Positions 49,592 to 61,500 of a stretch of 64,000 nt of DNA are shown piece after piece (position 1 is the stretch's first letter; every line of letters begins with the position of its first letter). Under the pieces are notes generated by a model, which had not been told where the DNA came from, made no database searches, and saw only the letters and a list, made by a program, of their open reading frames with translations. Both the position numbers and the translations under genes were made by a program. The DNA is from Candidatus Sericytochromatia bacterium (GTDB lineage Bacteria > Cyanobacteriota > Sericytochromatia > S15B-MN24 > UBA4093), in the NCBI GenBank assembly GCA_036676495.1, contig JAKFCT010000019.1, positions 504 through 64,503 on the forward strand. The letters are read 5' to 3'.

Positions 49592-51883
49592 GTGTTCGGA
49601 GAGAGCCCCGTAGTAACGCGTGAACTGACGCCGATGGCATCTGGAGCCGTGACCCTGCAAGGGCCTCGGCCCGCCAACGAGGACGCGATCTGGCTCGATG
49701 CCGAGCGGGGATTGTTCCTGGTGGCGGACGGCATCGGGGGACCGGGCAAAGGCGACCTGGCCAGCCAGATGCTGATCTCGCTCCTGGAGAGCACCCTCCA
49801 GGCCAAGCCTCAGGCGCCCCTCGACGAGGTCGTCGCCGAGGCCCTGTCCCTGGCAAACCGCAAGATCATCGCCGCCTTCCTGGGCGACCCCGCCCTGAAG
49901 GGCCTCGGCTCCACGGTGACGCTGGCGCTCATCGAGGGAAATCGCCTCAGGCTCTGGCATGTGGGGGATAGCAGGGCTTACCTGCTTCGCGGCAAGAAGC
50001 TCACCTGCCTGACGGAGGATCATACGCTCGCGCGGGTCCTCGAGAAGATGGGCCAGACGCCTCCGGAGAAGGGGGCGCATACCCTGGTGCGCTGCCTCGG
50101 CAAGGACGCGAAGTGCACCTTCGACACCGTGGACGTCAGCCTGGAGCCGGGCGATCGCCTCGTGCTCTGCACGGACGGCGTCTACCGCAGCTGGCGCGAC
50201 GACGAGATGGCCCGCGTGGCCGCCGAGCAGGACCTGCCGGCGATCGCCCAGGAGCTGGCTCAGGGCGCGATCGATCGCGGAGGCACCGATAACGCCTCGA
50301 TCCTCGTGCTGGGCTGGGAGGGAGAATCGCTGTCGCCCGCCGGAGAGACCCTCGAAGACCTCGTGAGCCGCCTCTCCCGCGACGTGGAGCAGGCCACGGG
50401 CTTCGAGGCCGTGGTCGCCGCCGTGGTGAACGCCGCCCAAGGCCTGACCGCCGGAGAGCGCGGCTTCCTCATCACGCTCGATCCCTCCAAGCCTTGGGTG
50501 GTCTTCGACGCCAACGGCCAGCTCCATGAGCTTCCCCCCTACAGCCGCACCATCGCGCAGTGGGTCCTGGAGAGCCGCGAGCCCGTCTGGATCGCCAACG
50601 TCCTCGAGGATTCCCGCTTCAAGGATGCCGGGAGCTTGCTCAACCAGGGCCCGCGCTCCGTCGCATGCGCCCCCTTCGTTGCGGACGGCCAGGTCCAGGC
50701 CGTGCTCTACCTCGATCGGCCCGCCGTCACCCCCGCCGATCCCGCGGCCTTGATGCGCCTCGTCCAGGCCTCCTCCCCTTACCTGGCACTCGCGCTCAGC
50801 GCCTGGCGCTTCGAAGAGCGCGCGCGCCGCCTGACCACCCTGGTCGACCTGGGCACCACCCTCTCCAACGCCTGCGGCGTCGAGGAGACCCTGCGCATCG
50901 TCCTCCAGCACTGCATGACCCTCACCCGGGCGACCGAGGGGGCCATCTTCGAGGGGGGCACCCAGGACTGGCTCGCGGCCATCGACGCCAAGGGCCAGAG
51001 CTTGAGCGAGTTTTCCTTCGACGGGGAGCTGATCGCCCGTGTCCTGAGAGGCTCTCAGGCCGAGCTGGTCATCGGCGGGGGCGCGACCACCACCTCCACC
51101 GCCGTGGGACTCGACCTGACGACCACCATCTGCGCCCCCATTCGCACGGCGGGCAAGAACCTGGGAGTCGTCTACCTCAACGCCAACGCCCTTGTCACCG
51201 ATCTGACCGAGCACGACCTCGCCCTGGTGACCGAGCTCCTGGCCTACGGGGCGCCCTTCATCGAGAGCGGACGCAAGTATACGAGCTTGCAGCAGTCCAA
51301 CGACCAGCTCTCGCAGGCCCTCAGCCGCATGCAGCATACCCTGGGCGAGACCTCCGAGGCACGCCCTGAGGGCAGCCTCGCGGAGCTGCGCCTGGAAGAC
51401 GTCGTCACGGCCCATCTCCAGGCGAAGTCTTCCGGCTGGCTGAAGCTGGAGGGCCCCCACGGAGCGTCCGGCGCGGTCGGCTTGCAAGACGGGAGCCTGG
51501 TTTCTTGCACGACCGGGCTCGGAGAGATGGCTCCGGAGACGGCGCTGGGCGAGCTGCTGAGCTGGGAGGACGGAAGCTTCCGTTTCGAGCCCGGCATGCC
51601 TGGCGGAACCCCCTTGCCGATGGCCATGCTTTACAAGGCGGTCGAGGAAGCCCCGCGCTGGCGCACGGTCAAGGTGCGGGTGCCCGTCCAGGCCGTCCCC
51701 GTGATGCTGGCCGAGCGGGACATCGAGGACTGCCCCCTCGACCAGTGGCAGATCATCCAGCACGTGGACGGCAAGACGTCGGTCAAGGAGCTGGCCAGGG
51801 CGACTCAGCGGCCGCTCTTGAACGTGATGGAGGCGATTCTCGAGCTTCAGGCCTCCTGCACGCTCTACATCCAGAAGGCCTAG
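49592..51883 (+). CDS. PP2C Ser/Thr phosphatase, two GAF domains, DUF4388/PATAN-like C-terminus
   Basis: GTG 49592, 5 nt after GGAGGG (alternative ATG 49634). PP2C motifs RPANEDA, LFLVADGIGG, GTDNASILVL. C-terminal SSGWLKLEGPHGASGAVGLQDGSLVSC...LSWEDGSFRFEPG. Confidence 0.85.
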   Translation: MFGESPVVTRELTPMASGAVTLQGPRPANEDAIWLDAERGLFLVADGIGGPGKGDLASQMLISLLESTLQAKPQAPLDEVVAEALSLANRKIIAAFLGDPALKGLGSTVTLALIEGNRLRLWHVGDSRAYLLRGKKLTCLTEDHTLARVLEKMGQTPPEKGAHTLVRCLGKDAKCTFDTVDVSLEPGDRLVLCTDGVYRSWRDDEMARVAAEQDLPAIAQELAQGAIDRGGTDNASILVLGWEGESLSPAGETLEDLVSRLSRDVEQATGFEAVVAAVVNAAQGLTAGERGFLITLDPSKPWVVFDANGQLHELPPYSRTIAQWVLESREPVWIANVLEDSRFKDAGSLLNQGPRSVACAPFVADGQVQAVLYLDRPAVTPADPAALMRLVQASSPYLALALSAWRFEERARRLTTLVDLGTTLSNACGVEETLRIVLQHCMTLTRATEGAIFEGGTQDWLAAIDAKGQSLSEFSFDGELIARVLRGSQAELVIGGGATTTSTAVGLDLTTTICAPIRTAGKNLGVVYLNANALVTDLTEHDLALVTELLAYGAPFIESGRKYTSLQQSNDQLSQALSRMQHTLGETSEARPEGSLAELRLEDVVTAHLQAKSSGWLKLEGPHGASGAVGLQDGSLVSCTTGLGEMAPETALGELLSWEDGSFRFEPGMPGGTPLPMAMLYKAVEEAPRWRTVKVRVPVQAVPVMLAERDIEDCPLDQWQIIQHVDGKTSVKELARATQRPLLNVMEAILELQASCTLYIQKA

Positions 51884-51906
51884 CGCTTTCGGCCATCGGA
51901 ATCCCA

Positions 51907-51944
51907 AGCGAAAGGGGCGGCGCGAGCCGCCCCTTTCGCTGTTT
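51907..51944. terminator. bidirectional rho-independent terminator
   Basis: 15-bp stem AGCGAAAGGGGCGGC / GCCGCCCCTTTCGCT, GCGA loop, then GTTT. Lies between the convergent phosphatase and kinase genes. Confidence 0.8.
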
Positions 51945-51955
51945 CGAGGGATGTA

Positions 51956-54900
51956 TCAGGTTGCCAATGCGAGCGCCTCGGCCAGGATGCCGGTGACCGT
52001 CTCCAGAGGCGGCAGGTCCTCGGCCCCCAGCGGATTCGCCATCTGACGGCGGACGCAGTAGAGCGTCCCGCGGTCGGCGAGCGGGAGGATGGCCACCGAG
52101 GCCAGATCCACGGCGAAGTTGGACCCGCTCATCTCGCGGGGCAGGTCGATGCCGCAGTGGCTCTGGCGCGTCGCCAGCACCTGGGAGACCAGGTCCATGT
52201 TGAGCGCCGGGGGCTCCGGGCTCTTGGGGTAGGCGGCGATGCAGCGAGGAGGCTGTTCTCCCAGGACAACGGCGGCCTCGTCCAGCTCCAGCTGGTCGAC
52301 GCAGTCCCTCAAGAGCGCGACCAAGAGGCTTTCCTGGCTTCCCCCGGCGAGGGAATGCTGGGTCATGGTCCTCCGCAGCGTCTCCGCCAGCGTGAGGGGA
52401 GCCGCTGCGGCCACAGTCGTCTTGCCGGGGGCCAGCCGCTCGGCCATGGCCTCCATGAGCGGCGTGAGCCGATCGAGGGCCGCGCGCTCGAGGGGATTCG
52501 AGATATCCTTGCGGACGGCATGGAGGAGGGCGATCGCCTGCCCGTCCTTATGGATGGGAGCCAGCAGGGACGAGGTGAGCGCCAGATCGAAGTTCGTCCC
52601 CAGCGAGATCCCGGAGGGGACATCGATGTGGACCTGGCCCTTGCCCTGCGCCAGCACGCGCTGGAGCAGTTGCGGGGGCAGCGGGACCTGGGACCGGGGG
52701 CCGTCGGCGCCCCGGCTCGCGACCCAGCTCACGTCGGGATCGAGCCGGTAGACCGAGCCCTCGTCGGCGTCGAGCAGGTCCAGGGCGATCGCCAGGGCCT
52801 CTTGCACGTAATCGCCCTCCGACGTCGCGGCGTCGAGCTGCCCTTCCCAGGCAAGGCGCCGGGGAACCGTGCCGACCGCCTCGACGAGGATCGTCTCCTC
52901 GGGAGCCTGCAGGGCGTCGATCTCGCGGGTGATCGCCCGCGCGAGGTAGCGGTTGTTGATCGCGCGGAAGCGCGCCCCCGCCTCGCGCAAGGTCTCCAGC
53001 GCTGCTTCCCGATTTCCCTGAGCCAGAAGCAGCTTGCCGCGGGACCTGAGCACATGCCCTTGCTCGATGAGGTTGTCCTGCTCGGGGCGCGACAGGATGG
53101 CCATGGCCTCCTCGAAGCGGCCCTCGGCCTCCGCGAGCGCTCCTTCGGCGAGCGCGAGCTCACCCAGCCACCGGGCCGCGAGGGCCTGGTGCAACGGGTT
53201 CCGGGCGGGACCCGACTCGGCCATGCGATGGGCCTCCGCGAAGGCTTCCCGCGCCGCGGCCTGCTGGCCGCGCATCATGGCGAGTTGCCCGCGCCCGAGT
53301 AGCGCCCGGATGGTGACTAGGAGCAGCTGGTTCTCCCGGCCGCGGCGCTCCACGTCGGCAAAGTCCTGCTCGGCGGCGTCCAGTTCCCCTAGCTCCAGGT
53401 GAATCTGCCCTCGGAGCGTGTGGATGCTGAGCTCCGCGAAGGCATCATGCTCGAGGTGCGGATAGCGCAGGGTCTGAAGTACCTGGGCGAGCGCTTCTTC
53501 GTACTCTCCGCGCTGCCAGTGCAGGTAGGGGCGCAGGTAGAGCGCCCACTGGTAGGGAGGAGCGCCCGTCTTGCGGGAGTTCTGGTTCATCTTCTCGATG
53601 AGGTCCATGGTCTCGTCGTAGCGGCCGGTCCAGGCCGTCCAGATGCCCGTGCGGCCCCAGAAGAAGTTCTTGAAGGAGAACTCGAAGCCCTCGTCGGCCT
53701 TCCGGAGCGCGTAGTCGAGGTGCTCCAGGTCCGGGCGAACGCCCTGGAAGGAAACCGTGAGCCGCGCTCCCATCTGTCCCATCCAGCCCGTGCGGACCGT
53801 GGGATCGTCGAGGATATGCTGCTCGCCTAGCAGTTCGGCGCTGCGCCGGGCGAGCTCCTGGATCTCGTCGAACTGGCCGGCCGGCTTGAGGCAGACGGCG
53901 CTGGCCGCGAGCATGCCGCCTTCGAGGTGCGTGCCCGTGAAGGGCAGCAGGCTCAAGGCCCGCTTGAGGGAGGCCAGGCCCTTCATGGGCTGTCCGCTCA
54001 GCCCGTAGCAAGCTCCCAGGTAGGCATAGGCGATGAGCAGGCGCTGGGTCCAGCTCGGAGGCGGGGGAATGAGGCGCGCGAGCCCCTTCCGGACGCGGTG
54101 CTGGTAGACCTTGGGCTTGGTGAGCTTGGTGACGATGCGCTTGCGGCGATCGGCCGGCAGCTTCATGATCAAGCCCACCAGGCCCTTGAGGATGCGGCTG
54201 GTCCGCTCGATGTTTCCCTGCGCCTCCATGGCCGGGATCAGCTTCTCCAGCACCTCGATGCCGATCTTGGGCCAGGCCTGGGTGCAGAGCCGGCCGATGT
54301 TCCACCAGAGGTCGACCTGATGGGTCTCCTTGTCGGGGTAGTCCAGCGTGGCGAGCAGCTCCTCGGCATGCTTCCAGTTCTGGATGGCGATCGCCGCATG
54401 CCCCGCGTCACGAGCCTGATCGCCCACCATGCGCAGGTACTCGAAGGCCTTGACGCCGTCATGGCCTCTCAGGAAGTGATAGGCCAGCTCGTTGATGACC
54501 GTGACCCGATCGCCGGCATGCTGGCGCTCGATGAACTCGCCGTAGCGCTGGTGCAGATCGCGCCGCTCCGCGTCGGGCATGTCCTCGTAGAGGGCTTCGC
54601 GGACCCGGTCATGCGGGAAGGTGTAGGTATGATCCTCGCGGAGGATGAACTGGCGTTCGATCAGCTCGTCGAGATGCGCGAAGAGCTCTTCCTCGCCGAG
54701 GCCGCTTAAGGCGAGCAGCCGATCGAGATCCTGGTAGCGCCCGATGACCGACGCCACGCGCGCCAACTTTCGGGCGCCCTCGCTGAGCTGGGCCAAGCGC
54801 CTGACGATCGCCGCCTCGACGCTGGTCGGAAGGACGAGGTTCCCGACGTCCTCCGGGAAGAGCCAGACGCCGTCCGTCTGGACCAGGATGCCTTCTTCCA

Positions 54901-56494
54901 TCAGGTAGCGCAGGACCTCGGTGATGAAGAACGCGTTGCCCGCCGTCGACTCGTAGAGGAACTGGCTGAACTCCGGGCTGATGCGGTACTGCCGCAGCAT
55001 CGCCTGGAGCAGGTCGAGGACATGCGGCAAGGTGAAGGTCTCGAGCTTGAGATCCCGGGTGAGGCCTTCTTCGATGGTGTACCAAAGGGGGCTGCTCGGA
55101 GGAGCCTCGTCGCTGCGGAAGGTCGCGAGGCAGAAGAGCTTTGCCTCGGTCACCTGACGGATGACGTGGTTGAAGACCTCCAGGCTTTGCGCGTCGCTCC
55201 AGTGAAGGTCGTCGAAGAAGAGCAGCAAAGGCGTCCGCTCGCTCACCGAGCGCAGCCAGTCGGAAACCGTTTCGGTCAGCCGGGCCTTTTCCAGGTTCGG
55301 CTCGAGGGCGGGGGCCGCCTTGATGCCATGCTTGGCGAGTTCCGGCATGATCTTGGCCATCACCGGCCCGAAGCGCGCGATCTCCTCCTCCGTCGAGAGC
55401 GAGACCAGCTGCCTGAGCGCCTGAGCGAGTGGCTCGTACGGCTCCATGCCGGTTTCGAGGCACTGACCGTGGAGCACGGGCACGTCGGCCAGCTTGGCAT
55501 GCAGCGTGAGCTCGTGGACGAGCCGGGACTTGCCGACGCCCGCCGGGGCGCCCACGAAGACCGAGCGCCCCTTCCCCGAGAGGGCCTCGGCGAACGCGCC
55601 TTCGAGCAGGGCGAGCTCCCGGTCGCGGCCGATCAGCGCGCTGCTCATCAGGTAGCTGCGCTTCTGCGCGAGATTCTCCCGGCTGATGCGCAGGCCGGAG
55701 ATTTCCGCCAGATCGGCGATCACCTCGGCGGCCTCCTGGTAGCGCCGCGCCTGATCCTTTTGCAGCAACCGGCTGATGAGGGTCTCGAGCCGTTCGGGAG
55801 CGTCGGGCCTCAGGCTCCGCAGCAAGGGCGGCTCCTGGTTGATATGCGCCTTGATGACCTCCACCACGCTTCCCGTGAAGGGTAGCCGGCCCGCCAACAT
55901 CTCAAACGCGAGGCAACCCAGGGAGTACAGGTCCGAGGACGCGTTGATGACGCCTCCCTTGGGCACTTCAGGCGGAAGGTAGCCCGGTGTGCCGGTCAGT
56001 TTGCCGTTGGAAGGGATACCGAGCTGCTCCATCAAGCCGAAGTCCATCAGCTTGAGCGTGCCGTCCTCGGTGATGCGGATGTTGTCCGACTTGATGTCCC
56101 GGTGCACGTAGAGCCGGGAATGAATGAACCCCAAGGCTTGCAGCAGCTGGATCAGCAGGCCGTAGGCCCGCTCCAGCGGCAATGGCCCCTGTTGCAGCAG
56201 CTGGGCGAGATCCTGCCCGGAAACCACCTCCATCGTCAGGTAACGGGTCTGGGCGTCCAGCATCCCGTAGTCGTAAACCTCGACGGTGTTGGGGTGCTTG
56301 AGCTTCATCATCGCCCGGAACTCTTCCTGGAAGCGAAGCTTCAGCTCCGGAGTGGTGCTGCCCTGCATCTGGATGGTCTTGAGCGCCACGACGCGCTTGT
56401 CCCGAAGGGGGTCTTCCACCCGGTACACCGTTCCCATGCCGCCGCGACCCAGCTCGGCGAGCACACGGAAACGGTTGGCCATCATTTGCTCCAT
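51956..56494 (-). CDS. Ser/Thr protein kinase with STAND/AAA ATPase, TPR and two GAF domains (1512 aa)
   Basis: [25 protein letters not shown]. Walker [12 protein letters not shown]. Long TPR-like middle. C-terminal GAF-like segments. The start overlaps the upstream MCP stop by 13 nt. Confidence 0.9.
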   Translation of the reverse strand: MEQMMANRFRVLAELGRGGMGTVYRVEDPLRDKRVVALKTIQMQGSTTPELKLRFQEEFRAMMKLKHPNTVEVYDYGMLDAQTRYLTMEVVSGQDLAQLLQQGPLPLERAYGLLIQLLQALGFIHSRLYVHRDIKSDNIRITEDGTLKLMDFGLMEQLGIPSNGKLTGTPGYLPPEVPKGGVINASSDLYSLGCLAFEMLAGRLPFTGSVVEVIKAHINQEPPLLRSLRPDAPERLETLISRLLQKDQARRYQEAAEVIADLAEISGLRISRENLAQKRSYLMSSALIGRDRELALLEGAFAEALSGKGRSVFVGAPAGVGKSRLVHELTLHAKLADVPVLHGQCLETGMEPYEPLAQALRQLVSLSTEEEIARFGPVMAKIMPELAKHGIKAAPALEPNLEKARLTETVSDWLRSVSERTPLLLFFDDLHWSDAQSLEVFNHVIRQVTEAKLFCLATFRSDEAPPSSPLWYTIEEGLTRDLKLETFTLPHVLDLLQAMLRQYRISPEFSQFLYESTAGNAFFITEVLRYLMEEGILVQTDGVWLFPEDVGNLVLPTSVEAAIVRRLAQLSEGARKLARVASVIGRYQDLDRLLALSGLGEEELFAHLDELIERQFILREDHTYTFPHDRVREALYEDMPDAERRDLHQRYGEFIERQHAGDRVTVINELAYHFLRGHDGVKAFEYLRMVGDQARDAGHAAIAIQNWKHAEELLATLDYPDKETHQVDLWWNIGRLCTQAWPKIGIEVLEKLIPAMEAQGNIERTSRILKGLVGLIMKLPADRRKRIVTKLTKPKVYQHRVRKGLARLIPPPPSWTQRLLIAYAYLGACYGLSGQPMKGLASLKRALSLLPFTGTHLEGGMLAASAVCLKPAGQFDEIQELARRSAELLGEQHILDDPTVRTGWMGQMGARLTVSFQGVRPDLEHLDYALRKADEGFEFSFKNFFWGRTGIWTAWTGRYDETMDLIEKMNQNSRKTGAPPYQWALYLRPYLHWQRGEYEEALAQVLQTLRYPHLEHDAFAELSIHTLRGQIHLELGELDAAEQDFADVERRGRENQLLLVTIRALLGRGQLAMMRGQQAAAREAFAEAHRMAESGPARNPLHQALAARWLGELALAEGALAEAEGRFEEAMAILSRPEQDNLIEQGHVLRSRGKLLLAQGNREAALETLREAGARFRAINNRYLARAITREIDALQAPEETILVEAVGTVPRRLAWEGQLDAATSEGDYVQEALAIALDLLDADEGSVYRLDPDVSWVASRGADGPRSQVPLPPQLLQRVLAQGKGQVHIDVPSGISLGTNFDLALTSSLLAPIHKDGQAIALLHAVRKDISNPLERAALDRLTPLMEAMAERLAPGKTTVAAAAPLTLAETLRRTMTQHSLAGGSQESLLVALLRDCVDQLELDEAAVVLGEQPPRCIAAYPKSPEPPALNMDLVSQVLATRQSHCGIDLPREMSGSNFAVDLASVAILPLADRGTLYCVRRQMANPLGAEDLPPLETVTGILAEALALAT

Positions 56495-57888
56495 GCGATC
56501 AGCTCCCCTCGATGAGCCTTCGGGACCTGACCCGCCGCATGGGCCGATCCCTGGAATTCCTGGAAGTGGGCGATGGTTTCCTTGAGGCGGTCGGCCTCGG
56601 CCTGCAGATCCGCGGCCATGCCGTTGATCTTGGTGAAGGCCTCGACGACCCGGTCCCCGCCGGCATGGTTCTCGGAGGTGGCGCGCTTCAGCTGTTCGGC
56701 GATCCGGGTCATGGACTCGACGGCCCCGACGATGCGCTCGCCGTCCCGGACCTGCTGCTGACTGGCCAGCGTGATGTGGTTCATGTGATCCGAGGCGCGC
56801 GAGATCGCCGTGACGATCGCCTGGAGCGCCAGGCCGGCGTTCTGAGCGAGCTTCAGGCCCGACTGGATGGTCGTGTCCCCCTGGCGGGTCAGGCGGTTGA
56901 CCTCGTCGGTCTCATGCTGGATGCCGCCGATGCGCTGGGTGATCTCCCCGGCCGCCTGAGCGGCATGCTCGGCGAGCTTCTTGACCTCTTCGGCCACGAC
57001 GGCGAAGCCGCGGCCTTGCTCCCCGGCCCGGGCCGCCTCGATCGCCGCGTTCAGCGCCAGGAGGTTGGTCTGCTTGGCGATCCCGTCGATCACCGTCAGG
57101 AAGGCCCCGATCTCGGTCGAACTGCGCTCCAGGTCCTCGACCGTCTCCACGATCTCCGTCATGACGCGCGTGACCTGGCTCATGCCCTCGATGGCCTTGT
57201 CCACCGCCTCGCGGCCCTCGCGGGCGGCCTTGAAGGCCTCTTCCTTGGCCTCGCTCGCCAGCTGCACGTTGCTGCCCACCTCCCGGATGCTCGCGATCAT
57301 CGTCGCGATCGACCGGGACGTGTCCTCGACGTTGGCCCCCAGGATCCGTGCCTCACCTTCGAGGCGACCGAGCCCGACCGCCATGAGGTCCACGGACTGC
57401 GTGCTCTCCGCGAGCGTCCCCTTGGAAAGCCCCGCCGCCTGAGCGACGCGGTGCGAGGAGTGGCGCACCTGACCGGTGATGCCCCGCAATTCGACGATCA
57501 TGCGCTGGAAACTTCGGCCGACCTCTCCGATTTCGTCACGCGAGGCGATCGCCACGTCCTGGGAGAGATCCCCGTTCCCCAGCGCCTGGCTGCAGCGCTT
57601 CAGCTCCTCGAGCGGCTTGACCACCCACCGCACGATGACGTAGCTCATGAACGCCGTGGCGAGCACTCCGGCCCCGCACAGCAGGCCAATGATCAGCGGA
57701 GTGCCCCCGAACTTGCCGAGGATCCAGCCATAGGCCAGGCAGACGAAGATCAGGGGAATCGTCATGGTCACCATCTTGTAGACCATGCCGGTCCGGAACT
57801 TCAGGAAGAGCGCGAGGTTGATCACGGCGATCAGGGTGGTGGGGATGCCGAAGACCAACAAGAACTCACCCAGGATGCTACCGTTCAT
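56482..57888 (-). CDS. methyl-accepting chemotaxis protein lacking an extracytoplasmic sensor domain
   Basis: ATG 57888 after AAGGAG. Three closely spaced TM helices, then [36 protein letters not shown]. Confidence 0.9.
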   Translation of the reverse strand: MNGSILGEFLLVFGIPTTLIAVINLALFLKFRTGMVYKMVTMTIPLIFVCLAYGWILGKFGGTPLIIGLLCGAGVLATAFMSYVIVRWVVKPLEELKRCSQALGNGDLSQDVAIASRDEIGEVGRSFQRMIVELRGITGQVRHSSHRVAQAAGLSKGTLAESTQSVDLMAVGLGRLEGEARILGANVEDTSRSIATMIASIREVGSNVQLASEAKEEAFKAAREGREAVDKAIEGMSQVTRVMTEIVETVEDLERSSTEIGAFLTVIDGIAKQTNLLALNAAIEAARAGEQGRGFAVVAEEVKKLAEHAAQAAGEITQRIGGIQHETDEVNRLTRQGDTTIQSGLKLAQNAGLALQAIVTAISRASDHMNHITLASQQQVRDGERIVGAVESMTRIAEQLKRATSENHAGGDRVVEAFTKINGMAADLQAEADRLKETIAHFQEFQGSAHAAGQVPKAHRGELIAWSK

Positions 57889-58525
57889 TTCCGTCTCCTT
57901 CGATCGGCCATGGGCCTTCCATCAACCGCCATCCCGCTCCCTCCACCGCGAGGGAGGCCACGTATCCCGGCGCCGGATCGAGCGACCGCAGCGTCCATCC
58001 CTCCGCCGTCCCCGCTCCGGAGGCCAGGCCCTCTCCTTGGCCCTTGCCTTGCGCTTCCCGCCGGGTCCAGGCCCGGAAGAACTCCGCCTCCCGCTGCGCG
58101 CCGTCGAGCGTGGCCAAAAGCTCGCTCTCCCGCGCCGTCAGGACGCGCTCGGCGAGCCGGTCGATCCGCTCGACGGGCCGGATCCGCTCCAGATCGATCC
58201 CGACCTCCCGCTGCCAGGACAGCGCGTAGGCCGCCCGCCCATGCGAGTGAGAGAGGTTGAAGCGTATCGAATGCCCCAAAAGCGCAGGCTTCCCGTGCGT
58301 CCCGTAGCGAAAGCGCAAGTTCCCAGGGCGCTCGCCGAGCCGCTCCCCGAGCAGCTCCCGCAAGATCCCCCGGCCGGCGATGAAGCGCGCGCGATCCTGC
58401 GCGAAGACGAAGCGCGCGGCCCGCTCGCGCTCGTCCTCCGTAAGGAGCCGGCTCAGCGCCTCCAGCCTGTCCTCGGACAGGTCCAGCGCCGCGTAGACCA
58501 CGCTTACCTCAGCGCCGCTCACCAT
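57878..58525 (-). CDS. Sfp-type 4'-phosphopantetheinyl transferase
   Basis: ATG 58525 after [45 protein letters not shown]. Confidence 0.88.
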   Translation of the reverse strand: MVSGAEVSVVYAALDLSEDRLEALSRLLTEDERERAARFVFAQDRARFIAGRGILRELLGERLGERPGNLRFRYGTHGKPALLGHSIRFNLSHSHGRAAYALSWQREVGIDLERIRPVERIDRLAERVLTARESELLATLDGAQREAEFFRAWTRREAQGKGQGEGLASGAGTAEGWTLRSLDPAPGYVASLAVEGAGWRLMEGPWPIEGDGNER

Positions 58526-61500
58526 GACCTCCCGCAGCCGGGACCGCCAGGAATCCCGCCCTCACGAAGTAGCCGAAGGCCGTCCCCAGCAAGGCCGGTA
58601 AGGGAGGGCATGCAACCTCCCCGGCCAGGCTCCGGAAGGTCTCCTGGCAATCGAAATGCGGCATCCGCTCCTGGAAGAACATCTCGAGCAGCGGAGTGGG
58701 CCCCGCCTCTTCGGACGTGAACTGATGAACCAGCGGATAGAGCGGATGCTCGGGATCCTTCCCGGCCTGCGCCAGCAGGGCGTGCTTCCATTCGGCGTAA
58801 GGAAGCAGGCGAATCGAGTAGCCCTGCTTCTGGAGCTCCATGACGATCCGGCGCCAGGGCATGGGCTCGGGGTGGGCCAGGTGGTAGACCTTCCCGGCGG
58901 CCTCGGGGCGCCGCGAAAGCGAGACGATGGCCTGGCTCACGACGTCCACCGGGATCCAGTCGATCTCCAGCTCCACGTCCGGGGCCGCCGCCAGCGCGAT
59001 GCAGCCCTTCAGGAGGCGGCTGACCATGTCCTCGAGGTTGGAGTGGCCCGTCTGGCTCGCGCCCGAGATGAATCCCGGCCGGTAAAGGGTCGTCGGGATC
59101 CCCCGTGCCTGAGCTGCCGCCACCAGGCGATCGGAGGCCCACTTGCTCTGCGCGTACCCGCCGAAGAGCTCGGAGGCATGCCCGGGAGGATCGCTCTCCG
59201 TCACGCGCCCAGCCGTCGCATAGGTGTCGGTCGCGAAGAGGTTCAGCGTCGAGAGGCTATGCACCGGCTTCACCGGCCCAAAGGCGGCCAGTCTCAGGAT
59301 CTCCCGGGTACCCAGGACATGCACCGCCCGCAAGGCCGCATACGGATAGAGGTGATTGGGCTGGGCTCCCGAATGGTAGATGGCGTCCACCCGCAGGGCC
59401 AGCTCCTCGAAGGCCGCTTCGCTCAGGCCGAGGCGCGGCCTGGCGAGGTCGCCGATGACCGGGACGATCCGCGAGGCGAAGCCCTCTTCCCAGAGCTCAT
59501 ACGCCTCCATGGCGGCCCGGATCCGGGAGGCTCCGTGCTCGGCGCCCTCCGCCCGCACCAGGCAATGCACGGTCGCCGAGGTCGCCCGCAGCAGATCCCG
59601 GAGCAGGTACGGCCCCAGGAAACCCGTGGCTCCGGTCAGGAAGAGGTCATGCGGCTTTCCGGGAGGGGGGCCGTCCGCTCGGATATCGTCGTCCAGCGCG
59701 ATCTCGCTCTCCCAGTCGATCTCCGACGTTGCCCCTGCCTCTCCGGCAAGGCTGGCCAGGATTTCCCCGGCCAGCGCCTCGACGCCGTGGCCTTCCAGGA
59801 ACTTGACCACGCTCAGGCTCACCTCCAGGTCCGCCTCCACGGCGTTTCTCAGCTCCGTGGCCATCAAGGAGTCGATGCCCAGCTCATGGAGGGAGCGTTG
59901 GGGGTCGAGCTTGGAGGCCGGGATGCGGAGAATGCGGCTCAAGGACCCGCTCAAGTAGGTGATCAGGAGCGTTCTCGCCTCGGCGCGAGGCAAGGCCGTG
60001 AGCGTCGCGCGATCGAGGCCCGGCGCGACCTCCTGTATGCTCGGCAGCAGGCCTTCGGCCAGGCGCCGAAGCAGCGGAAGGCGCCGGGCAGAACCGGCGA
60101 ACGCTCTCCAATCGATGGGCATGACGGCCGCATGGACCGCCTTGGAGGCCAGGAGGCGGCTGAAGGCGGCCATGCCGCGCTGCGGATCGAGGCTGGTGAC
60201 GCCCTGGAGCGCCAAACGATCCCCCCGATTCTCCTGTTTCGCGGCGAGACCCACCGACGCGAACGGCCCCCAGTTGATACTGCAGCCCGTACGCCCCTGG
60301 GCATGCCTCACATGGGCGAGGGCGTCGAGGGAGGCGTTCGCGGCGGCATAGTTTGCCTGGCCGGGAGAGCCGAAGAGCGCGGCAGCGGACGAGAAGAGGG
60401 CGAAGAAATCGAGGTCGGCGTCGAGGCTCAGCCGGTGGAGGTTCCATGCTCCCGCGACCTTGGGCCGCATGACGGCCTCGAGGCGCTCGGAGTCGAGCTG
60501 AGCCAGCATGCCGTCCGCCAGGATTCCCGCAGCATGCACGATCCCCTTCAAGGGCGGCAACGCGCCAAGACGCTCGAAGACCTTTGCCATGGCCCCGGCG
60601 TCCGCAACGTCTGCATGGAAGACCTCCACCCGGACGCCTGCCGCGCGCAGCTCGGCGAGTGTCCGCTCGGCCTCGGCGCTCGGAGCCCGACGTCCCAGGA
60701 GCGCAAGGGTCCCGGCGCCGTTTTCCGCCAGCCAGCGGGCCACTTCCAGGCCGAGACCCCCGAGTCCGCCGGTGATCAGGTAGGTGCCCTCGGCGCTCAG
60801 CGCCATGTCCACGGGCTCCGGGGTGAAGCGAGAGAGCCTTGCGACGTAGCGGCCGGTCGTTCGGAGGCAGACCTGGTCGTCCGGATGGACCGCCAGGAGC
60901 TCCGTCAGGAGGGCTTGCGCCTGATCGGTGGGCGTCGAGGCGTCCAGATCGATCAGCGTGGTCTTCAACTCGGGATGCTCGTTGGCCAGGGAACGTCCCA
61001 GTCCCCAGATCGGCGCCTGGGCAGGCGAAATCGGGGTGAGCCCCCCGGCGGGATGCACGCCGGCCGTGACGAGCCAGAGGCGGGGGGGCGCGGAGAGCCG
61101 GGTCAACGCTTGCGCCAGGTGCATGGCGCTTTCGACCCCCGAGGCATCCGTCGGGTCGTCCAGGGAGCTTTCGGGCAGGGTCAGGCCGCCCAGATGGACC
61201 ACCGCCTCGAAGGAGGTTGCCGACAGGGCCTGGCGGGCAGCTTCCACGGAGCTTGCGAGCTGGACGCGGGCCGATCGGGCTTCCAGCAGGCTTGCCAGCG
61301 CGGGGGCCACGCCCGTGTCGTCGCTGAGCAAGAGCCAGGACCGCGGTTCAGTGCCTGCCACGGCGGTATCCGTCTTGACGGTTTCCGTCTTGGCGGCGGT
61401 CGCCTCGGGGCTCTCGACGGGGATCCAGTCCAGCCGGTAGTAGCCGTCGTCGGGGGCATGCGTCAGCGGCTTGAAGCTCAGGCCCTTGAGCTCCGCGATC

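Noticed and set aside
46027-51907. Long antisense or alternative-frame ORFs over pepF, the ART gene and the PP2C gene (46027-47853, 47658-49529, 49448-51907)
   Set aside because: They have no motifs, Arg/Gly/Pro-rich composition and no RBS. Each overlaps a well-supported gene.
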